Assembly: GCA_046563655.1 (NCBI GenBank)
Contig: CM102285.1
Location: 5,022,001-5,086,000 of the forward strand
DNA from: Yuukianura sp. NJ FZ-2021
Taxonomy: Eukaryota
Direction of reading: 5' to 3'
Length of the DNA: 64,000 bases
In this document: positions 11,501-23,500 of the stretch, one piece after another
Layout: each line of letters starts with the position of its first letter
Numbering within the stretch: position 1 is the stretch's first letter
Position numbers and translations under genes: made by a program
The notes under the pieces: model-generated
What the model saw: the letters and a program-made list of their open reading frames with translations, nothing else
Told to the model about the DNA's origin: nothing
Databases searched by the model: none

Positions 11501-14500
11501 ACAACTTAAAACTCACAATTTCTGACAATTTGGAATTTTTTAGGGACTAAGCTTCATCGCAACCCACAACCCCTTCATAGTGCCCGAGCATGGGGTAATC
11601 ATTTTGAGAGCAACTATTCTGCAAGACATTTAAACTCCGCGTTCGGTATTGCAAAATCCGTTGCTAATTACGAAAAAAATTCCTCTTAATTATTGAGCTT
11701 CATCGGCATGCACCACCCCATGTACCGACCGCTGAAAAAAATATGTTTTTCTGAGCAAACATTTCTGTTTGATTTTTTAATTCTAAACCGATTTTGATGA
11801 AAATGCGTTGTTGATTTAAAAAAACTTAAAACTCACAATTTCTCAATATTTGAAATCTTATAGGGACTAAGCTTCATCGCAACTCACAACCCCTCATAGT
11901 GCCCGAGCATGGGCTCATCATTTTGAGAGCAACTATTCTGCAAGACATTTAAACTCCGCGTTTGGTATTTCAAAATCCGTTGCTAATTACGAAAAAAATT
12001 CCTCTTAATTATTGAGCTTCATCGGCATGCACCACCCCATGTACCGACCGCTGAAGAAAATATGTTTTTCTGAGCACACATTTCTGTTTGATGTTGTAAT
12101 TCTAAACCGATTTTGATAAAAAATGCGCTGTTGATTAGAAAAAAAAACAACTTAAAACTCACAATTTCTGACAATTTGGAATTTTTTAGGGACTAAGCTT
12201 CATCGCAACCCACAACCCCTTCATAGTGCCCGAGCATGGGGTCATCATTTTGAGAGCAACTATTCTGCAAGACATTTAAACTCAGCGTTCGGTATTGCAA
12301 AATCCGTTGCTAATTACGAAAAAAATTCCTCTTAATTATTGAGCTTCATCGGCATGCACCACCCCATGTACCGACCGCTGAAAAAAATATGTTTTTCTGA
12401 GCAAACATTTCTGTTTGATTTTTTAATTCTAAACCGATTTTGATGAAAATGCGTTGTTGATTTAAAAAAAAACTTAAAACTCACAATTTCTCAATATTTG
12501 AAATCTTATAGGGACTAAGCTTCATCGCAACTCACAACCCCCTCATAGTGCCCGAGCATGGGCTCATCATTTTGAGAGCAACTATTCTGCAAGACATTTA
12601 AACTCCGCGTTTGGTATTTCAAAATCCGTTGCTAATTACGAAAAAAATTCCTCTTAATTATTGAGCTTCATCGGCATGCACCACCCCATGTACCGACCGC
12701 TGAAGAAAATATGTTTTTCTGAGCACACATTTCTGTTTGATGTTGTAATTCTAAACCGATTTTGATAAAAAATGCGCTGTTGATTAGAAAAAACAACTTA
12801 AAACTCACAATTTCTGACAATTTGGAATTTTTTAGGGACTAAGCTTCATCGCAACCCACAACCCCTTCATAGTGCCCGAGTATGGGGTCATCATTTTGAG
12901 AGCAACTATTCTGCAAGACATTTAAACTCCGCGTTCGGTATTGCAAAATCCGTTGCTAATTACGAAAAAAATTCCTCTTAATTATTGAGCTTCATCGGCA
13001 TGCACCACCCCTTGTACCGACCGCTGAAGAAAAAATGTTTTTCAGAGCAAACATTTGTGTTTGATTTTTTAATTCTAAACCGATTTTGATAAAAAATGCG
13101 CTGTTGATTTAAAAACAACAACTTAAAACTCACAATTTCTGACAATTTGGAATTTTTTAGGGACTAAGCTTCATCGCAACTCACAACCCCCTCATAGTGC
13201 CCGAGCATGGGCTCATCATTTTGAGAGCAACTATTCTGCAAGACATTTAAACTCCGCGTTTGGTATTCTAAATCCGTTGCTAATTACGAAAAAATTCCTC
13301 TTAATTATTGAGCTTCATCGGCATGCACCACCCCATGTACTGACCGCTGAAGACAATATGTTTTTCTGAGCAAAGATTTCTGTTTGATTTTTTAATTCTA
13401 ATCCGATTTTGATATCCCGTTTTTAGCCATGCTTTACAGCCGAAACAGTTCCTGAGGTTTGCCATGCACTTAACACATAGGAAAAGTATCCGTTTTAGTC
13501 TTCTGGAGACGCACGTCTACGACGTGCTGAAGAAGACTATTGATACGACTTTGTCCGTCCGTCCGTTACACTTTTTAGGACTTTTTGCACTGAAACATTA
13601 GCCCCATTATTGACCGGGGGTTGTGTATCGCTCAAGTGTTTTCATTATGTCTACATTGCACTCAAAGTCTTACATTAACAACGCCAAAGTTTGCGGCTGA
13701 ATCTCGTTGCTGTTTCTTAAGTCCTAAAATTTTTGTGTTAGGTCTACATTATACTCAAAAAGTTTTTTAACAACGAAGTTTTGATCTTTTCATTTTCTGA
13801 CATTATGTATAGTTGCGTTGTTAAATTTAGACAGATTAGAGGGTAGAAAATCCGGCTTAAATGTTTAATATGTGAATAGTGAATGACAGGGGTCAAATTT
13901 ACTTTCTCAAGAAATTTTTATAATGTTGAATTTAACAAACGAAATTTGACTCCATAAGTTTATGCACTTAATGCACATTGTGCATTTGCATGAAACTATT
14001 TTGAAAATTTTATTTTTAAAGAAATAATATTCGACTCCACCTCACAACGTTTAATTTTGTGCATGATGAAAACCTATGACCATAAAGGATACAATTTTGC
14101 GCATGATGCACACAATTGAAGGCTTTTGTGCAGGTTTGAGAAATACTTTGAGCATTGCCATGACAACATCGAAAATACATTATGTGCGTCTTTTTCAACA
14201 AATTAAGACCACCAATCAACAACGATATTCGACGCCTTCTCCTAAACGTCCAATTTTGTGCATTTTGTGCATAACAAATTGGTTACAGTGCAGATATTTT
14301 TCGATCTAAAAACTTTAACATGACTTTGGTTCAATTAAACGGTAAAATTGCAAAGACAATTTTGGAGCAACTCATACACAAAGTAGGATCTCACATTCGT
14401 ACTGAAAATTTTCAGTGACGTTTTAGAGCTTCAATTCCATGAAAACTGTTTCTCAGTTCGTCCACAGTTTTGCGGTAGGCCGGTCTAAATGTCGTATCAA

Positions 14501-17500
14501 TTGTCAACTCCTCCAGAAGACCTATGCTCAACCTTTGAGCATTGCCCTACCTTGTTTAGTCTTCTGGACACGCAAGTCTACGACGTGCGAAAGAAGACTA
14601 TTGATACGACTTTGTCCGTCCGTCCGTCCGTAACGTTTTTTGAGACGTTTTGCACTGAAAAATAAGCCCCATCGCAGTCGGGTGGTTATGTTTGGCGCAA
14701 GAGTTTTCAGGATGTCTACATTGCACTCAAAGTGTTGCTGTTAGTTGTTTAGCATGTGAATAGTGCATCACAGGGGTCAAAGTTACATTTACTAGAAATT
14801 TTTACAATTTCGATTTCAACAAGCGATATTCGACCCCTCACTCCAGCGTTTATTTTTGTGGATGTTGTACACTTATGACCAACAGGGATACATAAACGTT
14901 GAATTGTGCATTTACATAAACCAATTTTGATTTTTAGGAAATGACATTTGGCCGTCAGCAGTCAAATCTGAGCCCAATTTGAACAACATTATGATGCAGT
15001 TAAATTAGCGCTGTTAATTATAATGTATTGCCATGGCCACATCAATAATACATTGTGTGTATCTTGCTCAACAAATTAACAGCATCAATTCAGTGCAGAT
15101 ATTGTGGCCCTCAAAACTGAAATATGACTTTGGTGCAATTAAACTCATGCACAAAATAAGATCTCACATTCGCACTGAAAATTTTTAGCTATGTTTTAGA
15201 GCATCAATTCCATGAAAACGGTTTCTCAGTTCGTCCACAGTTTTGCGGTAGGCCGCTCTCAATGTCGTATCAATTGTCAACTCCCTCCAGAAGACCTATG
15301 CTCAACCCTTGAGCATTGCCCTACCTTGTTTGAATTTCAGTTGCCGTCTCAAAAAAATTATTTACAAAACCCCAAACGACGGCAACCGGACTTGACAGCA
15401 GTGTGTTAACCTGCTGTTTCCGCTTGAAAAAGTTAAACCAAAATGATTAAAATATGAGCATGGCACGGGGTTGAGCACATGTGTTATGTAGCGAGTTTTC
15501 AATTGATATAACTGAGACCGGCATCACCTTCCCCTTTTATCTCCCCTGATAACCGGTCAATTTCAATGTCAAACAAGAATAAATTTTTTTTGTATATCTT
15601 TTTTGACAAAAAAACAAGGTAGGGCGATGCTCAAGGGTTTAGTATAGGTCTTCTGGAGGGAGGTGACGATTGATACGACATAGATCGACCGGCCACAAAA
15701 CCGTTGAACAAAAAAGATGTAAAATCGTTAGGTTTTACATCGTTACCATCACTAGATTAGCCATCGCTTGCAGTTTTTACCTTTCGTTTTTTCCCCACCA
15801 ATCTCTTGCTGAAATGACTGGAGCTAGCTATAGGTCTCCGAACTATTGCTAGAAGCCTGACTGTTCATGTTCCAGAGACATCAGTCATAATGTTTGATAT
15901 TTTGTAGTTTAAGAAGTCAGCATCAACCGACAAAACCCCTATCTCCTATCCTTTTACTATCTTTTATTGATTAATAGTGTAGCGATATCTGCGCAATTTA
16001 AATATTTCATTCTCAAATTACAGGGTTGTTTACATTACTGCTGGAAGATTTCGGGGTGAAGGGTGTCGAGGTCGAGGAAATATATGACACAGATAAGCCG
16101 TTCGAAGGTACTGTATATGGATTTATATTTCTCTTTCCCTGGATTGAAGAGAGGAGGTCGCGAAGGAAGAACATCGAAGACCCAGAGTCAACCCTAGTAC
16201 GGGATGAAAGCATTCTCAATGAAATGTTTTTTGCTGAGCAGGTTATGATTATTCCTTTTCAATCTTAGAATAGAAACAATTTGGTAACACGTACTGTTCC
16301 GTTCATTTAACAAAATGTAAAAAAAGCCAAACTGCGACAAAGGCTTTGCTCCCATAAAAAAAGGTCTAAAAAATCCTCGTTTTCTCTCTGCGTCATTGAG
16401 AAAAGAGGGAACTTCTTTCTTGACACCTAGTCTTTCCAAAAAGTCTCCGAAATTAGAGTTTGCGCCGCAAGCAGATGTGACAACAATTTAATTGTTAGAC
16501 ATCTGTCAATAAAGTATATTTCTTGACCCTTCCCGGATGTCACACGTCCCAATCACAAGATAATTTTATGCACTATCTTGTGTCCTAGCCAGGGTCACCA
16601 GCTTCAGTCACTGGACATTTCATTCCGTCCAAAAGTGACAATTGGGCAACTCGTGTCGGACCATTTCAGTTGATCGAAATTACGTAAACCTTATTTCAAC
16701 CAAATTTGGGCGCGAATATATTTGAATTTTTAGATTGAAAGTAGTAAAACGCATAGCGATAGTAGTAAATTATCATACACTGCATTCAGGGGTGGATGAT
16801 ATAGTAGGCTGGTTAAAAACCACAAATGTATGAATTTCGAAGCGCCTACCCTCTAAAAATCTTATTTTTTCTACAAAAAAAAATTAAAAAAAAAATCCCA
16901 ATTTTCCAACGTTAAAGGGTCGCTCAGATCATTTAAGTAAGCTGACATTTAAATGTTTTAATTAGCTACAGAGTTGATCAAAGTTTCATTAATTAGTGTC
17001 AATCATAATTCAAATTAGTATTTGGTAAGTTCAACTACCAAATGCACTTTTGCTGTGTCTAAAATTTCGAATTTGACATAGTGGGATTTCCGGTGTTTTG
17101 AATACCTTTTCTGTTGCAGTGAGGCTTATCGATCGTGATTGTACCCGCTCGGTGCAGAGTTATGTTGTGTAGCGACAAGGGGATAATTAATTAATTAGAT
17201 TAACAAATTAATTAAGAAATAATTAAATACAGATTTTGTCACATGGTGCAACCAACCCACGGAAGATGCAAAGTTGCCACACCGCGTGGGTACAATGACA
17301 ATCTTTAAACCGGATGTCAGACTTCGGACACGTTGAGCGACCCTTTAACGTTAAAAAATTGGACTTTTTTTTTCACCAAAATTTTTCTTTCGCAAAAAGT
17401 TTTCATTTGCAAGGTTAGGCGCTACAACTTAGTTAACTATGTTTTCTCCATTTGGTTTATAACCAGCCTAATGATATAGCCAGCGTTTCTTTACAATTTG

Positions 17501-20500
17501 GTGTCAGCCATTGCGTTAGTAACAAAGCAAAATCACTGCCAAAGTCGGCACTGTTTCCAATGTTTGACGAATCAAAGTATTCCGCAATACACCAATTCAA
17601 ACAACCTGGGAATACAATCAACGTGTTCTGGAGATATCTGATTTCAGTGCCTACGTTTACAAACAGAATTTCATGTTTTGCCTTGTAATAGCTATCGTAG
17701 TGGGCATATTAAGTTCCCGAGTTGTGAAAAGCGCGCCGCGGAGACTTTTTCGAGAAAAAACACACAGTCTATGCCAGTAATTGTCAAAGTCGAAACGGTT
17801 CTCCCTACAAGTTGGGAGGTTGAAGTGAAGAATTATTGCAAATTGTACCCAAACCTTAATTCATGTACTTTGGGCCTTAGAATCTGCAAAAAAAAACTAA
17901 CAACAGGTAAATTATTAAATCATTTAATAAATTAAGAGTAAATGAGTTTGTTTTTAGCTCTTCGTAGATATTGTGGCCCTTAAAAGGACCTTTGGTTGAA
18001 GGAAGAGGTTGAGTTTAAATCAGATTGTCAGGAGGAGTAGCGTCGTGATTCAGAAGTTGCTGAAAATGTGCCCCGTTGACCAAAGCACAAGCCCGTACCC
18101 TAGTTAAAAATCCGACTCGTACGTTCCTTAGCATTTCTGGAGTGATGAGATTGAGGTACGTAGTTAAAACGTTTTGTAAAAGCTGAGGGTCGTTAGGGCG
18201 GTTTAAGGTGGCTCTCAACTTGTTCTTTAAAAAAGGCCAAAGAAAATAGTCGCATGGGGCTAGGTCAGGACTACGTGGAGGCCATGCGATTGGTCCACCC
18301 CGTCCGATCCACCGACCAGGGAAAGTTTGATGCAAAAAGTTCATTACGGGTGTAGTGTAATGGATTGAGGCGCCATCTTGTTGCCAGAGGACATCATTAA
18401 AATTGATTCCGTTTTGGTTGCAGTACGCCTGAAGCTCCGGTACAAAATCCTTCAGAAGGTCCAGATAAGTTGCGGAGTTGACCGTTTTGGCATCAAAAAA
18501 GTGCAGAAAAACTTGATCGTGGAAAATAGCCCCCCAGACGATCAGCTTTAATTTTGAGGTCGACCGACAGGCATCAGCGAATTCAGGACGACTCCGACCG
18601 TACTTTGACTTTTCCAATTTGGTTCAAGTAAACAATAGCTTCGTCGGTGAAAACGATATGCTGGAAAAGCCGTGGGTTCTGGTCTCTGTCGTTCATCATC
18701 TTCTCCGAAAATTCTGCCCGTTTGAAATGATCTCCATGTTCAAGGATTTGTACTTTCTGAAGGGAATACAACTTAATTTTCTCCTTTTTCATCATTCGAC
18801 CCACTGAGCGACGAGAGCATGGAACAGGTAAATTTGTAGCGTAAGTGGTTTGAGAGCACTGGTTGTTCTGATCCACGAGTTGAATTAAGGCTTGACGGTT
18901 TTGAACGGTGGTCACTGATTTACGGCGTCCTGACCGTTTCCTGTCGTGCAGAACGTTTTCATCATTAAGTTTTTTGGCAATGCTTTTGACGGTTTTCACA
19001 TCAATTGTTTGGTTGAAGTGGGCAAAAAAATCTTCTGAAATTCGTTTAGCTCTCCGGCTGCCAAGGTTTTCAAGTTCGAACCATTTTTTCACCACAAACG
19101 TTCGCTGTTGTGGACTTGTTCGTGAATGTGGGCTCCGCTGCATGTTTAACTGAAAATTATGCATAAAAAAAAATTTTTAGTTGAAGAAATTATTTAAATA
19201 ATGTCATTTCTACAAAATACGAGAGTGGGTACAACATGTTAGGTCAGCCTTAATTCAACCATCATTCAAGGTCAAGGTCACAGTAAGAATTGACAAACGC
19301 TATTGTAACCTCAAGGCAGGTATACTATGTGGTTACAATAACGTGGGCTAATCCTTACTCCAGCCAATGTTTTGTTTACGATGTCAAAAGTCAAGGTTTC
19401 ATCCAAAGTGTGCTTCCGCCTCTCCAGGTCACTTCACGCATCTACAAATGCATTTTCAACAATACACACCAATGACATTTTGATCACAGACCACATTTCC
19501 CCACGACTGGGACGAGTCAAGCGCGGATACGTCGTTATTGGTTGATTCCAAAAAACTTAGCTTTTAAAATCAATTTGGGAACTGTTGAGTACAGTGAAAA
19601 TTTTAAGTTCTGTTCATTCAACCAAAGTCATTCATGTGCAGAAGTCTTTTCACCTGTAGCTTTGAAATGGTTTTTACTGACTTTACGGTGATGTTACGCT
19701 GTATGACGTAAAAACCAGACCCCTCATTTGCATGAACAGAACTTAAAAAACTTTCACTTTAATTGGGCCATGCTTCGTAGGAAGATCTCGTGAAAATTAA
19801 CAATAATTAAACAACTTTTACCTAATGAAGACTTGTGACGCTGACAGCTTCAGGTTGATGCGTTGACAGTCTCAGGATCCGGTTACAAGTTGATGAGGTG
19901 TCAGTTCAGGATAAGTTTAATGAAAACTTATAGAAATTCGATTAATTAACTCAGATTAACTAAACGTTAACAAAAGCAGGAGCGAGTTTTTGGAAAACAG
20001 TAAGCTCACACGGTCTTAACCGCCAAACATGTGTTTGAGTTGGCGCCCACTGGTTTGACTTTCGCGCGAGGAGTTTCAAAGACGTCTCACTTTTCCTAAA
20101 AAGTAACTCGGGAACTTAATATGCCCACTACGATATTCTTTTTTTTTTATTATAAGACACAAAAATCCCTCTACGCCGCTGTCTAAGAATTCGGTAAGAC
20201 CATTACGCATTCCGAAGTAAACAACTTCCGAAATTTTTGTGTCATACGACGTTGAGAAAAAATTGCACTTTGTATTCAAATTCAGATTACTGTTCTTTGC
20301 TCTACACATAACGACGAATTTTAAAGCCCTTGAACACATTTTTATGTCATTCCTAGATGAAGTTATCTGCCCCCATAAAGTTATTAATTTGAGGCGACAG
20401 AATCAGAAAACTACGATGTTCTTTAACTGGGCAGTTAGATGTTTATTCCAAAATTTCAAAAAGTGACCAAAGCTGGGAACACTGCTAAAAGTAAATTGAG

Positions 20501-23500
20501 GAATGGGGATGGACTTAAAGAATTTGGAGTGCGTACAATTTGGTCCATTCCATTCCATGATACATATAGAATTTCCATTTCAAAGAACCGGTACCGGCAT
20601 ATTCCGCTTTTTCAAATTTTGTAAACTATAGCAAAATTTGTGTTGGTGATAGTTATAAATAAAACTCGTCCCTGTAATATTTCACTACATCTCTTTTCTT
20701 CGTAAAGTGGCTGTCTCTTTTAAATATCGTATTTTCCCTAATATTACACCCGGTGTACTAATTTTGTTTTCTACTTCCAAGGGTGGTGTGCTAATAGGGA
20801 CCCGGTTCACTATTAGTAACGGTGTATTAATTCTTTTTCCCAACAAGCATAATATTTTTGACTAACCTCTCACTGAAATTACGCAAGAAATATTTGAATT
20901 TTGCTTGCAAAAGTTTTACAAAAACCTCTAAAGATGTGTATTTTGTAGACTTACTTGTTTAGGAACAAGATAGAAAGAACATTAATGTTTTTTCTGTTGT
21001 ATTTAATTAAATATAGCTAAACATTTCCAGTAGGCATATACTTAGAGTTGCTGGAAATCCACTTTTTCGATATTTCGTCAATGGATGCATGTCAAGAGAC
21101 GGTTTAGAGTGTAAATAAATTATTTATAATAGTTAACTTATTTATTTTATATTAAATTTATTTGAACTCTTTAATTTGTTTAATTAATTCTTAATTAACT
21201 TGTTTTATCCACCGTCCATTTATTCCGCTGGATATCCGGTGGATGGATTAAGCCACTGGATGTTTAAGCATACAGCAACACTGGGCATACTCCTTGGGTA
21301 TATTACCAAAGACCAAATACCCAGTGTACTGCTGGAGGCCCGGTGTACTATTTAAGTACTGTGTACTATTAGGGAAAATACGGTATTTACGTACAGATTT
21401 TCGTTTTTTTTTGTCATTACTTGTTTTTTACTGGGAAAGAACACTTCAGAAATTAGAAGTTTCTGTATTTTGTCGCAACTACTATGTTCGGGCGTCGTTA
21501 CAATTGATCGGTAAAATGACGGTTTCAAAAAATACAACGAATCATATTCATAATTATCTAGAAATTCGTCCATTGTATGACTCGACTTGCCCGATATCGC
21601 CGTATTTGTAAAACCTGATCAATCGCCCTGGTGTTACACGTTCTATTGATGTAATGCAATATTTTTTCATAAAGTAAGGCTTTCGAAATTGCAATCAGGC
21701 TAATTCTAAATGCAATAGAAAAATATGAAAATGCAACTTGACAAATTATTGGAATCCATTTCTTGCTCTTACAGAAGGTGTACAATAGTTGTGCCACACA
21801 CGCATTGGTATCCATTCTCCTGAACTGCCCGAATATATATCTTGGGGAGACTCTTAACCTTCTTAAGGAGCATACTAAAGGAATGAATCCTGAAAATAAG
21901 GTGAGCTCCTTCTCCCGACTTTCACGTTACTCAATATTTAGCAAAATGTAATACGTATGTTTCTTACAAATCTAGGGATTCGCGATAGGAAACTGTGCAA
22001 AACTTGCACGAGCCCATAATACACACGCAACACTAAATGCAAGCAAACCAAAAACTGAGAATAAGGCACCTGTCCTTGTTGGGCTATCTACTCGTACAAC
22101 TGGAGAAGCATTCCATTTCGTTAGTTTTGTACCCATCGCGGGCAATCTGTATGAACTGGACGGCCTTAAATCATTTCCAATTGACCACGGTAATTACATA
22201 AGTTTGCCTTAAGGACTTGAAGGGACAAGGCTCGGGAGCGGGTGTGGGTCCAACTTGAACAAAATAAGGTGGGGCTGCGTGACCACCGGGGATTTTGAAA
22301 ACTCTCCTCTACTTCAAGACAGACTTTATAGTGTACTTGGAGATGATAATGGAGAAGTTGGTATTTCAGTCAAAGTAACTTTTACTTGTACTTTGACTTT
22401 GTGACGGAGGAAAGTCAGAGTCCAAGTTCAACTTCTGTTGGTATTTCCCATCACTTTTACTTTGACTTCAACGAAAAAATGGTTGAAGTAAACTTTGACT
22501 CGTTCAATTCCCGTTGAATTGTATTGTACCCCTTCAAAATTGATAAGTACAAATTTTAGTTGTCGCTAAGCGACCTCAAAAACGTTGAAATACGTAATCA
22601 TAGTTAACTAATTGCACTTAGTAATTAACTTCAGTTGGTACAATTAGCATACCAGACTCATACATTTAGGGTGATTTTGGGTCGCCGAGCACTAAAATGC
22701 CATCATAAAGGTTGAAAAACATAAACTTAATTAACTAATTACAATTAATATTTAACTTTAATTAGTACAATTAGCATATGCATGTAAAGTAATCTTTGGT
22801 TCTGGAACATCAAAATCACATCAACAACGTTGAAAAACGTACACCTACCCAAACTGTAATTGTAATTATTTGTAATTAACTAATTACAATCAACAATTTA
22901 CATTAATTAATACAATATGCACTTCTAGGGTAATTTTGGGTACAAAAATAACGTCACAAATTGAGTTTAATTAATTAATGAAAGTTAATTATTAATCGCA
23001 ATTAGTTAATTAGGTTTACGTTTCTCTGCATTTTTGAAGTCATATTCGTGGTAGGTGACCCAAAATTACACCACATGCATTTATCTGATGTGCTAATTAT
23101 ACTAATTAAAGTTAACTATTAATTGTAATTAGTTAATTAGGTTTAGTTGTTCACCGTTTTTGAAGTCATTTTCGTGGTCAGCGACCCGAAATCACCCTAA
23201 ATGTAGGTATCTTAGCGTTAGTCGTACTAATTAAAGATAATTATTAATTGGAATTAGTTAATTAACATTAACTAATTTATAATTAGTTAACTTTAACTAT
23301 GTAACAATGTATTTTGTGGGTAACACATCAGTGGATAAAGTTTACTTCAACCATAAGAAACCACACACAAAGTGTAAGTTCTCAAGTTTGAGTGAAAAAC
23401 TCAATTCTCAGTCAAACTTCCACTCGAACTTATACTTTGACTTACCACTTTGATTTTACAAAAATGAGGATATCCTCATTTTCCAAAGTCATAGTACAAG

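Larger units (their letters stand above)
8740..13496. mobile_element. Foldback/MITE-like element in BAP1 intron 1, split by later insertions
   Basis: 8895-8945 is inverted at 9790-9851 and 8813-8892 is inverted at 13416-13496, so the right arm is interrupted at 9852. Confidence 0.6.

Noticed and set aside
10713..13414. CRISPR-like array
   Set aside because: Whole ~322-bp units repeat with no unique spacers, the context is a eukaryotic intron, and there are no cas genes.
10252..15409. Repeated small ORFs ([11 protein letters not shown]..., ...[14 protein letters not shown])
   Set aside because: Incidental translations of the non-coding HINE 3' end.
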